Below, piece after piece: positions 1 through 12,447 of a stretch of 64,000 bases of DNA (position 1 is its first letter; each line of letters opens with the position of its first letter). The DNA lies in the NCBI RefSeq assembly GCF_009914755.1, contig NC_060928.1. One strand, given 5' to 3'. Made by a program: the position numbers and the translations under genes. A model generated the notes under the pieces. The model saw nothing but the letters and a program-made list of their open reading frames with translations, did no database searches and was not told where the DNA came from. This stretch comes from the human T2T-CHM13v2.0 reference genome, Homo sapiens.

Positions 1-1039
1 CAAATTTTGTTAGGATTTTCTCATTATAAGAATTTTCAAAAATGTTAAGGAGCATAAGAAGCATTTTTTTTTATGCTAGATAATTTTGTATGCATCAGAG
101 GTATGTTTAGAACACCCACACTTCTGTAATGAAAAACTTAGTAAGTTAACCTTCATTGAGATATAGATGAGTATTATGGACAGTGTATACCAGAGTTAGA
201 ACTGTAGTTTGGGCTTTCCTTTAGCTTATTATTATTATTATTTTAATGTCTGTATTTTGAAATAAATTACTTGCTCCTGAGAGTAAAGTTTACATTATAT
301 CCCAAATGCATTTTTTAAAATAAAATTATTGAAATTTTTCTTTTCTTTCATCATGGTCATCACACTCTGGAGTTTCAGAACCAGAAAACACTAAATGTTT
401 AGAAACTTTATATCATTTGACATAAGACCTTAAGGTGTGGTAAACAACACAAAGAATCTAAGGGGTAGTGTACTTTTTACAAGTGTGTCATAACTAAAAA
501 TACTACTTAGGTAGTGTCATTCTATTATTCGTGATATCTTAGCTTGACACCATTGTTTTGTTTTTAGACACCAAACCTTTTATAGAGGATAAAATAGTCT
601 TACACTTGAAATTGGCATCATTTAAGAGCAAACTACACTCAATACTTGTAGAGAAATTTAAAACTATAATAAGTTTAGTAGCTCAATATAAAATTTTTCA
701 AGGACTTGCATAAGATAAAGAGTTGTCTGTTTTATGGCTGCCAAAGGCAGTGTGTTTATGAAGAAATGTATGCTTATTTCTTAATTTTAAAACATTTTGT
801 TCATTTTTAAAAGAACTAGGTTTTGTTCAATATTAGTGGAAGGTCTTTTAGATGTTTTACTTGTGGAATCATGATATTACCATATTACCATAAGTTATAG
901 TATTTTTTATGATTTTTTGCATAAATGTTACTGATTTGTTATTTTGTATATGCAGATTATTCATAGTCGTAGAACATGTATTACAGTTGATTTTCTAGTA
1001 ATCATAAAAGAATACATTATGATGATCATTACCTCATGT

Positions 1040-1200
1040 TATGTACTGCAGAAAGCACTTTACATACATTATCTATCTTATTTGTTCTTAAATAACCCTT
1101 TAAGATGCAAGTCTTATTTCTCAGATGAGGAAATTGAGCTTAGAGAAATGACTTGCATAAAGCACACACTGAATCTGATTTTAAAGCCAGTGTTACTAAC
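1040..1200. mobile_element. MIR SINE fragment
   Basis: MIR core-like cagatgaggaaattgagcttagaga...tgacttgc. Confidence 0.6.
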
Positions 1201-2178
1201 TGTAATTCTATCCTGTTCTTCACTGGGGAAAAGCTTTTCCAGTGTGCTGAGACAGTTTTGGTTATGTAACTGTTAAAATGATGACAGTCGTGTGGCCTGC
1301 GGATAGCACTATGATTTTCTCACAGTGAGTTGAACCTGGCAGGTGTTGCCACTCACATCTGACCACATTTATAACACTTTCTGTACTCGTATCTTGTGCC
1401 AGTAGTCTGCTAGTCCAGATTCATGTTCCTTTTTCTCTTTTGAAATTAAACTCATAGCCTCCAAAAATTTGCATTTGCCCTGTTTTGAGGGGGGAGAAGT
1501 GGAGACTATTCATGATGCTCAATATATCATAGTATTAAAATATACATTGCAAATTCCTTTGTATTTATGCCCTTTTGAAATAAAAATGAATGTTCTTAGC
1601 AAACTCAAAGTTCTTGAACTCTGTAGTTTACACATCCTTAGAACAGCACTACCTTGTATGTGATATTCAAGAGACTGACTTTCTAAAGAGTCTTAGAGCC
1701 AAGCTTTAAATTCTGATCTGTTAATATATATTTCAGTAGTTGCTAATAATGCCATACCTCTTCTTCACTATGCTGATCCCACACACAGCTTTCTTTAGGA
1801 GAAGGAATACCTGTACATATGAATGAGAAAACTGTAGAAATAATAGTTCGGACCCTTTTCAAAATTGTATTCGGAATTGCTAGTTTAGCCTCTACTAAAC
1901 CATACTTGGTTCCTGGGCCTAGTGAAGATTTGATCATTTAATTTCGTGAAAGCCAATACATTCTAGCAGCATATTGTTATTAATGGCCGTTGTGAATATT
2001 GTCCGCATCTGTGTTTCGTATGGCATACAGTGAACAATACAAATAATTTCAAGAAGTTTGATTTTGACTACTATGGACTTTCATTTTCTAGTTGTTTTCT
2101 TTTTTTCTTATCATTTTCCTTTCCTTTTTCTTCATGTTGGAAATCTTTCTTCTGCTGCCTTCCTCTGTCAATTAAAAG

Positions 2179-2196
2179 GAAAATCCCACCTAAACG
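2179..2196 (+). CDS. PDLIM5: PDLIM5 18-nt alternative microexon (G|K-I-P-P-K-R), phase 2-2
   Basis: Long pyrimidine tract ~2080-2168, acceptor ttaaaAG|G, exon G AAA ATC CCA CCT AAA CG, donor |gtaatc; joins in frame to next exon giving KIPPKRPPRKHIVERY, which I recognise from ENH splice variants. Confidence 0.88.
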
Positions 2197-2250
2197 GTAA
2201 TCTTTCTGTTGAATACATTCTAATAGCATTATTTTATATTAACATTATAA

Positions 2251-2582
<332 letters not shown>

Positions 2583-2757
2583 TATTTTAGATAGATCTTT
2601 TAAAAACTTGAGACCGAATATACTTGCAAAGCAAACTGTTTATATAAAAGGAATATTGAAGATTAATCATATAAATTATAAATAATTTAGTAGAAGATAT
2701 TTTATCCTTTTAATATAACTTTACAATTTTTAATTTTTTTTTTCTCCTTAACCCTAG

Positions 2758-2930
2758 CCCACCAAGAAAACACATTGTGGAGCGCTATACAGAGTTTTAT
2801 CATGTACCCACTCACAGTGATGCCAGCAAGAAGAGACTGATTGAGGATACTGAAGACTGGCGTCCAAGAACTGGAACAACTCAGTCTCGCTCTTTCCGAA
2901 TCCTTGCCCAGATCACTGGGACTGAACATT
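2758..2930 (+). CDS. PDLIM5: PDLIM5 internal coding exon, 173 nt (PPRKHIVERYTEFYHVPTHSDASKKRLIEDTEDWRPRTGTTQSRSFRILAQITGTEH)
   Basis: Acceptor ccctAG|C at 2757, donor T|gtaagt at 2931; translation matches human PDLIM5 and carries the Enigma-family QSRSFRILAQ.TGTE motif. Confidence 0.97.
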
Positions 2931-3082
2931 GTAAGTGAACTTCTAGGTATCCTAATGGATGAATGTTTTTTTGCCCCAGAGAGTGGCATTGAGACTGATT
3001 GGTAGTTGTCAGAAAACAACCCCGAGACAGTTTGCTTTTAAATTATGCTGTGCATAACATGGGTAATATAAATAAGACCCCA

Positions 3083-3393
<311 letters not shown>

Positions 3394-3604
3394 ACACCAG
3401 CCCAGGAGAGTAACATTGAAAAGTATAGATGTAATAGTAGTTGTACTAACTATAGTTTATGGCCAATAACAGGCTACTATGGAATTCGTTTTAGTGGCTC
3501 CATGGAAGTTGAACATTTGATATTGATTGGTGCAGGTAATTGCTTAAGTGATTTTGAAGTTAAACAAAACAAACTAATATTGGATATTGCTTATTATATT
3601 TCAG

Positions 3605-3641
3605 TGAAAGAATCTGAAGCCGATAATACAAAGAAGGCAAA
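3605..3641 (+). CDS. PDLIM5: PDLIM5 37-nt coding exon (LKESEADNTKKA)
   Basis: tttcAG|TG acceptor, AA|gtaagt donor; phase 1 in, phase 2 out, continues previous exon in frame. Confidence 0.96.
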
Positions 3642-4185
3642 GTAAGTTCTCTATCTTTTTGACAATTGAATGTTTTCCTTTCACGAATAGTCTCAATTTA
3701 GTTTTTCAAATTGTCAAGTATAATGGTATGGCATTTCGTCTTTGCAGCTAGAAGCTAAGCATTTAACTTTGGTGCCTTTTGTGTGACCTAAATGTACAAC
3801 TTGCAGATTTTAAAAGTAGTAGATATTGTCTGGATTTTAAGGCTTGTTTTCCCTAGTATTGAAATAAGAAGTGGGCAGAAGGGTATATTTCGGGGTGCTT
3901 TGCTAACAATACATATGTCTGTGAATGAGCTCGTGTGTTGTCTTGCAGTCACTTTATTTTGAACATAAAAATGTATGTTTCCAAGAGGGATCTGTGGATT
4001 AATTGCTATATTTCTAAAAATGCTCTACCCTTAAAATTTTTGCCATTTAATAAAACAGCTATGTGAAATTAAGCTTTTATAAGGCATGTTTTCTGCATGA
4101 TGGAATTAGTCTAGAACCTTTTTCCTTCTATTTCTTATGACTCTTCTATCACTCTTTTTTTTTTTTTTTTTTTGTATTTCCACAG

Positions 4186-4279
4186 GGAAAAGATACCCCT
4201 TCACGTCTTTAGTCCCAAATACACAAAATTACGTGACTGGCACCATGAAGTTTCAGCACGTGCTCTTAACGTACAGTGA
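4186..4279 (+). CDS. PDLIM5: PDLIM5 alternative terminal exon, coding part, of short LIM-less isoforms (KEKIPLHVFSPKYTKLRDWHHEVSARALNVQ*)
   Basis: T19 tract then cacAG|G; in frame from 37-nt exon to TGA at 4277-4279; recognised as short ENH C-terminus. Confidence 0.93.
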
Positions 4280-5325
4280 TTTATGAGCCTTGCCCCCCAA
4301 GCAGCCAGCACATACCTTTTCATTTACTTTTTTTTTTTCAACTTCATAGCAAAATCTGTATTAAATTTGCCTTATGAAAAAATAGAACTTTTTCTATACT
4401 TTTCTAACAATTTCCTATTGTTGTGAGAAAAGGAAGATGAACATGTTTTGTGCTAGTTGGTAGCTCACAAATGTAAAACCAAAAAAAAAAAAAATAGAAA
4501 ATTAAGGGACTAGATCTATTTGTGGATTTGTATCTGTTTTTGTTGTGATTAGGGTAGTAATCTTGGAAAACGAATTATTTTCATAAGTTGAATTTGGTTA
4601 GTTGGTTGGTTGAAGCAGAGGATAATGAGCAAATAAAGTCCTTGTCTAATTTGGAAAATTCTTTATATTATTAACATCTCCCAAGATTACTTTTTAAGTT
4701 CATTATTATGTTACATTCAAAGTTGATTGTAAATTATTCTAAATAAGTAAATATAAGGAGGCAAGAATAAACAAAGACTTTATTAAAGAAGAGTGCGTGC
4801 ATTGTAGATTTAGGTATCTTTTAAAGTAGGTACTATTCAGGATGGCTCTATGAAGAGGAGGAGGTCCAGATTTGGCTCCTGAAAAAGGAAAGAAGAGAAT
4901 TTTACCCCTATTTGCAATGGAGAAATACAGTATTCTTTGGTTTGGTTGGATTTGCAAATCCTATTTCCTATCAAAGGAAATATCTCTAGTGGATATTTTT
5001 AGAATATAGACAATTTCTAGGTATTAACTAATAAGATATGGAAAAGATAGCTTTGCTTTTTTTAATCAGAAGAACATAAAATAAATTACAATATGAATGA
5101 TTGTGAGACATCAGAGAAATATTTTACTTAGTGACGTAAACTACTGTGCACTGCTGCTATTCCTAGGAAGCTGTGTTTTGGGCAATACATGGAAGCTAAA
5201 TATATGACCAGAAATGCTTTCTGCCTTGTAATATAGTGTATTATATATTAGAGCTAAATTTAGTAATAAATGCATTTTGAAGTTTGGAAAAGTATTGTAA
5301 TAAAGTTGCCTTTAACTTAGCTTTG
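4280..5325 (+). other. PDLIM5: Probable 3' UTR of short PDLIM5 isoforms
   Basis: Repeat-free AT-rich sequence after the stop with AATAAA at 4632, 4766, 5080, 5265, 5299; 3' end is inferred. Confidence 0.6.
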
Positions 5326-5340
5326 TACTTGTTCTGTTTC
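5299..5340 (+). terminator. Candidate poly(A) signal for short isoforms
   Basis: AATAAA 5299-5304 followed by GT/T-rich tttgtacttgttctgtttcc; second AATAAA at 5265. Confidence 0.55.
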
Positions 5341-5473
5341 CTTGAGGCTAGACACAGTGCCATCCAGGACTTATTACAGTATAACTGGGTAAAATAAACA
5401 ATTCTCTGACATTTCATTTGGAAATCATTTTTAACTTTGTGAGGTTACTAAAATATGGGTATAAAACACGGCA

Positions 5474-5831
<358 letters not shown>

Positions 5832-6855
5832 TTATTACAATATGTAGTATCCTATGTGAGTAACATAAAATCAGTTGACTATTGTGCAACATAGAATTAT
5901 TGTTTGTGTGAAATTACCGCTGAAGGACCTTGCCTACATTCAAGGGTCTATTTTTATTTTTCCAGGTATTCTTTCACATTAGTGACATTATAGTCTAGTA
6001 CAACTGCTTGATAATTTGGAGAAACTAACATTAATTTTAGATAGTGATTGATAAAATTTGGCCTGCCAAATGCATTTTAAAAATAATTCTAGGATTTATC
6101 TATGCTCATTTCTAGTATACCTCATGATATATAAGACATCTTTCTTTTGTCATATCAGTTCTTCAGATACTAAGACAGAGGTCCTGCCTGCTTGTGTTTT
6201 TATGATGCTGACATCAATCCCAGTTATAACTGTGTCTCTGGCCTCTGTAAGAAAATCTACTTTCTTAGACCAGGCTTTCCTATACCCAGTAATTCTTCCA
6301 GGATCCTAAAAGATGATGTCTGAGAGACGATGGAATTAAAGCCTCATAAAAATAAATGGTGTGGTAGAGTAAACATGGTATTTTCCACCAAGAATCCAAT
6401 TTCTAGAATAACTACAGAGTTGACAGAAAGAAGACTCAAAAGAATTTTAGGTAAATGGGAAAAATTTTCCCTAATACAGACAAGAGAACATGTATAGAGT
6501 TACAACTTAAAACAGATGTAGTTAAAATAAAAATTTATTACCTTGCTTAATTAAAAATGAAGTATTTAGTGTTTCATTAAAAGCATAGACTTAGATAAAT
6601 GGAATGATCCATACTTGAGTGTGAGGATAAATATTCAGCCAGGATCATAAAGGACATTCCATTTGACCCTGTCAGAAGATGAATTCCTGAGTTCAGTGAA
6701 TCTCCTGGGACATTTTATATTCCTAGCTTAAATGCTAGCCAAAAATTATAAAAGCTTCTTGCAAAAATATTATTGTAAATCTAGTGACCTAATTTATGAC
6801 TTGTTTTTGTTTGTCTCTCTTATACAGACTTTCTTCATTATAGGCTTGTTTTTAA

Positions 6856-7267
<412 letters not shown>

Positions 7268-7599
7268 TCAACATTTTTTTCTTACAGTGTTTTATTCAGA
7301 AGACTGTCTCACACATGGTCCAATGTATTTTTGTTACCTCAAAAATTACAGTATTTGTGGAAAACAAAAGCATTCTTTCGTGCATCATTGTGCCCTTTAG
7401 GAAGGCTCAGATAGATAGACATCTTAGAGTTTATTTAATACAAATTGTGGTATTAGGACACAGAGTAGCAGTTCCTTCTTTTTTTCAAAATTATTCAAAA
7501 ATATAGAATGAATTGATTTTCCCTCCAGATATGTAATTTTGTAATTATTGTGTTTCTGATGTGTATTTAAAATCATATAAATTGTAAATATTTACTCAT

Positions 7600-7960
7600 T
7601 GCCAGCATTCATTCTTTCAAATGCATAATTGCTGTATATGTAAATGCCAGGCACTAATCAATGTACTAGGGATACAGTAATGAATAACAGATAAATGTAT
7701 AAGCAAGATGATCTGAGGTAATTGTGTTACCAAGATAATAAGTTAATATAAAATAAGTTTGGCTTAGTCAGGGAAGGATTACTTTAGATTATGTGGACCT
7801 CTGAGGAGACGACCTTAATGCCAGCAGCTGGGAGTGGAAAAGGAGTCAGCCGTGTGATGACTTGAGGGTGGGGAGACAAGTGTGGAAAGGAGCATGGCAA
7901 GAATACAGAACAGAAAGGTCAGTGTGGCTGGAGTCCAGGCTAGGCAGGGAAGTGTGCTAG
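7600..7960. mobile_element. LINE-2 fragment
   Basis: cattcattc...tgccaggcact...gggatacag and gtcagtgtggctggag L2-like motifs. Confidence 0.6.
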
Positions 7961-8605
7961 AAAAACAGAACTCCTGTACATAGACAAAACACTTATATTC
8001 CCATTCCTATCCATAGCATTTTAAATGGGAAATTATTATATCATATCTAACTGCTTGCAAATAAAATTAGAAAATGAAGAAGCAGGGAGGTTAGTCAGGC
8101 TGCTAATTGCAGTGTGCTCATCTAGTTGGTACCAGCCCTGATTATTAACAATTTAATATTTTTCCTGTTGAGACCCAATGAAGACCTAGAAAAGAGAGGC
8201 ATAAATATATGTTGGTAACATGAATGTAGGGAACACAAACAGAATATCCTGCAGAGCATACATAAAGCCATACAGAAAATACGAAAACACTTTGGTGTAT
8301 TACATTTGACATATGATGCTCTTCACAATAGTGATGAATTTGAGGATTTAGTCTTCTCTGTAAAATCTTAGCTAGAATTGTCTGGACACTTTGCTTTTGT
8401 TCATCCCATTCCAGAAAATTCCTTAAACCAAGTAAATAATTTCCTTGCACATTCTTTCCAAAATAGGGATCATAGCATTTTTTTCTTGGTTAGAAGTAGT
8501 AAGAAGCAGCAAGTGATAAATTCTGGGGTTTAGACTGAGATTTGTAACTCACTGATTACTTTCTGTCCCCAAGTTTCCACTTCTTTAAAATATGGAGTTG
8601 GAATC

Positions 8606-9055
8606 TGTGGTGGACACTGTGCTGCCCACTCAGATACCACTTCAGTGGAGGACTTGATACCTCTGCTGATGGGAGTGTCGTAGGCAGACAGCCTTCACGT
8701 GCCAGCCCCTTCACAAATCACCTCAGCTGCAGACAGTCCCTCTTCAAGACCCTAGGCTTGGTGGTGCTGCCCACATGCAGTGAACTAATTGATAAGTGGG
8801 AAGAGAGGGAAGTAAAAAACCTGGTTATTTCATCCCAATTAAGACCAACTTGGAGGGACCATTCTAGCTCCTGAGCTGCTGTGGTATCAGCTGAGGCTGT
8901 CCTAAGTTTTGTTTGCAACTCCACCTCTCCTACCCACTCCTGCTTCCTTTTCTGTCCTTTCCCCTTCACGGTTGTTGACCCTAGAGACATTTCTTAATAA
9001 GCATCCTGCATGCTAAGCGCTAAGCTCTGCTTTCTGGAGAACCTGATCTGCAAAA
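8606..9055 (+). mobile_element. ERVL solo LTR (LTR16-like)
   Basis: Starts tgtggtggacactgtg, resembles LTR16A; 5-bp TSD GAATC at 8601-8605 and 9056-9060. Confidence 0.75.
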
Positions 9056-9639
9056 GAATCATATTTTTGTAGACCCCAGTTTAGACCTCAGTTGCACAGG
9101 TTCTCTTTTATTCATCTTCTCATCACTTTCTTTGCCTTGGTCACTTCTCATCTTTTCTCCTTAGATCTTCAACCCAGATCACAAACACAGCATTTAGAAG
9201 TCTTCAAAGTAAAAGATCAGTTAAGGGAGGACTGAAAGTCATGTGGAAGTCAAAAGGAACATGCATTTACTTTATTTTTTTGCCTTAAATTAAGGATGTT
9301 TATTTGTTGACTTCATCACAGGCAGCCTAAGAGTAATGAGCAAGCAAATGTATTTAGAAATCAAATATAATCAGAGATATGTGAATGAAGCAATGAAATG
9401 AGAAGCTTCAAAATGGGAAATTAGGATTTACTGAGTAAATGTAATGAACACTTAAAACAGGAAAGCAGTACTTAAAATATTATGATTTTGCATGTTATAG
9501 TCTTCCATATATAGCATTTGGAATCTTAAGTATTAGCCATTTAATTTCACTTAATAAATTTTGTTAGAACACATCTGTTTTCTTCACATCCTTAAAAGTT
9601 TACTTCTAGTTCTCTCCTGGGGAGATTCTGTTGCTGAGT

Positions 9640-9780
9640 AGCCTTTGGAAATGTGTAGGCTAATGTACAGACATTAAAAGGAAGGAGGATGCTAAATATC
9701 TTGTAATGCACTGAAGAATCCCACAGACTGAAGAATCATCCAGCCCAATATGCCAATTGTGTGCTACTGAGAATGACTGC
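9640..9780. mobile_element. MER20-like hAT DNA transposon fragment
   Basis: ggatgctaaatatcttgtaatgcac...aagaatcatccagcccaatatgcc. Confidence 0.6.
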
Positions 9781-9807
9781 ATTGAGTGTAAATATTCCCT
9801 TTTCCAA

Positions 9808-10100
9808 GTTTTGTTTTGTTTTGTTTTGTTTTTTGAGACAGAGTCTCGCTTTGTCACCCAGGCTAGAGTGCAGTGGCGCCATCATGGCTCACTGCACCTC
9901 GACCTCCCAGGCTCAAGTGATCCTCCCGCCTCAGCCTCCCAAGTAGCTGGAACTACAGGCACACACCACCACACCTGGCTAATTTTTTGTAAAGGCAGGA
10001 TTTTGCCATGTTGCCCAGGCTGGTCTCGAACTCTTGGCAATCTGCCTGCCTCAGCCTCCCGAAGTCCTAGGATCGTCGGTGTGAGCCATTGCGTCTGGCC
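9808..10100 (-). mobile_element. Alu (J family), (TTTTG)n tail
   Basis: ggctcaagtgatcctcccgcc J-type arm. Confidence 0.92.
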
Positions 10101-10507
10101 TAGATTTTCTTATTCCTTCCCACAATCATACATTCTCACCTACAGAGCGCCCTCTCCACTGCCCCACCCCACAGTAGGAATAATTTTGTCACCTCTGAAC
10201 TTACATGCTACACAATTTTTACCTCTCATTTGACACTTGATTTTCTAATTTGTCTTATGGATATTGGTCTACATGTCTTAAGTTTCCTACCGAAGTTTGA
10301 GCTCTTTAAAAACAAAAGTCTTAGTGTAATAGTATAAATTGGAAGGAAAAGGCATTCTAGTAGTCATCGTATTTCTTCCTGGATGCAACTGTAGCTGCAA
10401 CTGTAAGTAAAGGCCTAGCAATTCAATGAAATGACTAATCTTGAAGGTGGTTGTTAAGATTATAAAATTCATCTCTGGTGAACTGTTTCTTCAGTTAGAA
10501 ATATACT

Positions 10508-10925
10508 GTTTTCAGTCAGTTTAGGCTGCCACAAGATACACAGACTGGTTAGGTGGGACAGTAGAAACTTATTATCTCATAGTTCTGGAGACTGTAAGTT
10601 CTAGGTCAAGGTGCCAGCAGAGTTGGTGTCTGTTGAGGCCTTTCCTAACGGTTGTGTATGGCCACTGTCTCACTGTGTCTCCTCACATGGCTTTTTCTCT
10701 GTGGGGGCACAGAGAAAGAGTGAAAGCTCTGGGGTCTGTTCTTCTCATGAAAGCTCTGGGGTCTCTTCTTCTCATGAGGACATCAGTTCTATTGGGTCAG
10801 GGTCCCACCCTTATGACTTCATTTAACCTTAATTACCTCTTTAAAGGACCTATCTCCAAATAGTCACATTGTGGGTTAGGGCTTCAACATATGAATAATG
10901 GAGGGATACAGTTCGGTCCATAACA
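10508..10925. mobile_element. MaLR LTR (MLT1A-like)
   Basis: ctcatagttctggag...tcaaggtgccagcaga...gttagggcttcaacatatgaat...ccataaca. Confidence 0.8.
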
Positions 10926-12070
10926 TACACTAACTGTCTTTGTATACTAATCCTCATTTTGACAGATTGTCATTTAAGAAAAAATTATTCTTAAGTAGAA
11001 TCATTGACTTGGACCCAATTGGAAGCATTGTTGTCACCTCTCTTTTGGTGCTTCCTTTTTACCTTTGGATGACAGGTATCTGTCTCCATATTCTCTTTTC
11101 TCAACTACAGTAAAAGTTCTTTGAATGTGAGAATTTTAGTATGCCCCACCATGTTTGGTACTAAAAGTTACTAATTATATATAATTGCATATTTTTCCAA
11201 TTCTCTAATTTTAGGGAAGTTGTTTACAGCGTGGCACACACTATCTCTAATGGAATATAAGTTCGATATAAATATCAAGACATTAAAATATCAAAACATT
11301 AATACCTATATTGAAAGTAAAGTGAAACCATACCTAAGTCACTTGAAAGGGGAATTGTACTTTGTTGGAGTAATCTAATTGCCAAAAGTTGACACTTTTT
11401 TCTTGATATTTTCTGTTTGTTAATTAGTGAAAGACTTTTTTTCATTAAATGAACATTTGTTTTTTAATGTCTTCCTTTGTGTTTTTGGTGTGTTTCAACA
11501 TGAAGAGCATGGTGATTCCCATGAGGAGAGAATAACAATTTTAGAAATAGGTATATGAGATGCTTAGTTAGTGCTCTGAACAGAAATACTAATAGAGAAA
11601 ATTTTATCATTAATAAGGAAATGTTTAAATATAAGAATCTAATCTACAACATTGATTTAAAAGAGGCAACAGCCATCTTATCAGTAACTATTAATAATAG
11701 AAAGTTATTAATAATATATGGCCTACCAGAATAGAGAATTATGGGAGACCATAGAAAATTTTATTTAGAGATAATTATGTTATACATGCACACACACACA
11801 CACATTTATGCCAAAAAATCATATTGTCAAAGTATATTTAAGTTAAAAAATGTTTTTCTTGATCTCACCATGTTCTCAATTTTCTACTATATTATAATAA
11901 TATCAATCTTTGTAGTTTCAAATTTTTAATGCTATATATAAGTATAAAGTGGTATTTTAGTTTAGCAAAAGGATATCTAAAATAATGATCAAAACATTTT
12001 TATCAGTCTTTTCTTTATCTCCCTTGCTTAAAGAATGATGGGTTCTGATTTTTCACATATTTATTATGGT

Positions 12071-12447
12071 TGTATTAGTCTGTTCTCATACTGCTAAAAA
12101 GAACTACCTGAGACAGTAATTTATGAGGAAGCGGTTTGATTGACTCATAGTTCCACAGGCTTAACAGGAATCATGGGTGGGAGTCCTCAGGAAACTTACA
12201 ATCATGGTGGAAGGTGAAGGGGAAGCTGGTACATCTTCACAATGGTGGAGCAGGAGAGAGAGAGAAGGGGGAGGTGCCACACACTTTTGAACAACCAGAT
12301 CTCATGAGAACAATCTCACTGTCACAAGAACAGCATGGGAAAACCACCCCAATGATCCAGGTACCTCCTGCCAGGTCCCTCCCTCAACACGTGGGGATTA
12401 CAATTTGACATGTGGTTTGGGTGGGGACACAGAGCCAAACCATATCA
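12071..12447. mobile_element. MaLR solo LTR (THE1D/MST-like)
   Basis: tgtattagtc...ccaaaccatatca termini; 5-bp TSD ATGGT both sides. Confidence 0.9.

Noticed and set aside
944-1276. 110-aa + strand ORF
   Set aside because: Overlaps a MIR, non-ATG start, no recognisable protein
2702-3019. 105-aa antisense ORF
   Set aside because: Shadow of the PDLIM5 exon on the opposite strand
9757-10233. 158-aa ORF and other Alu-overlapping ORFs (19653, 21596, 36562, 36744, etc.)
   Set aside because: Typical Alu translation products (LECSG..., SDSPASAS)
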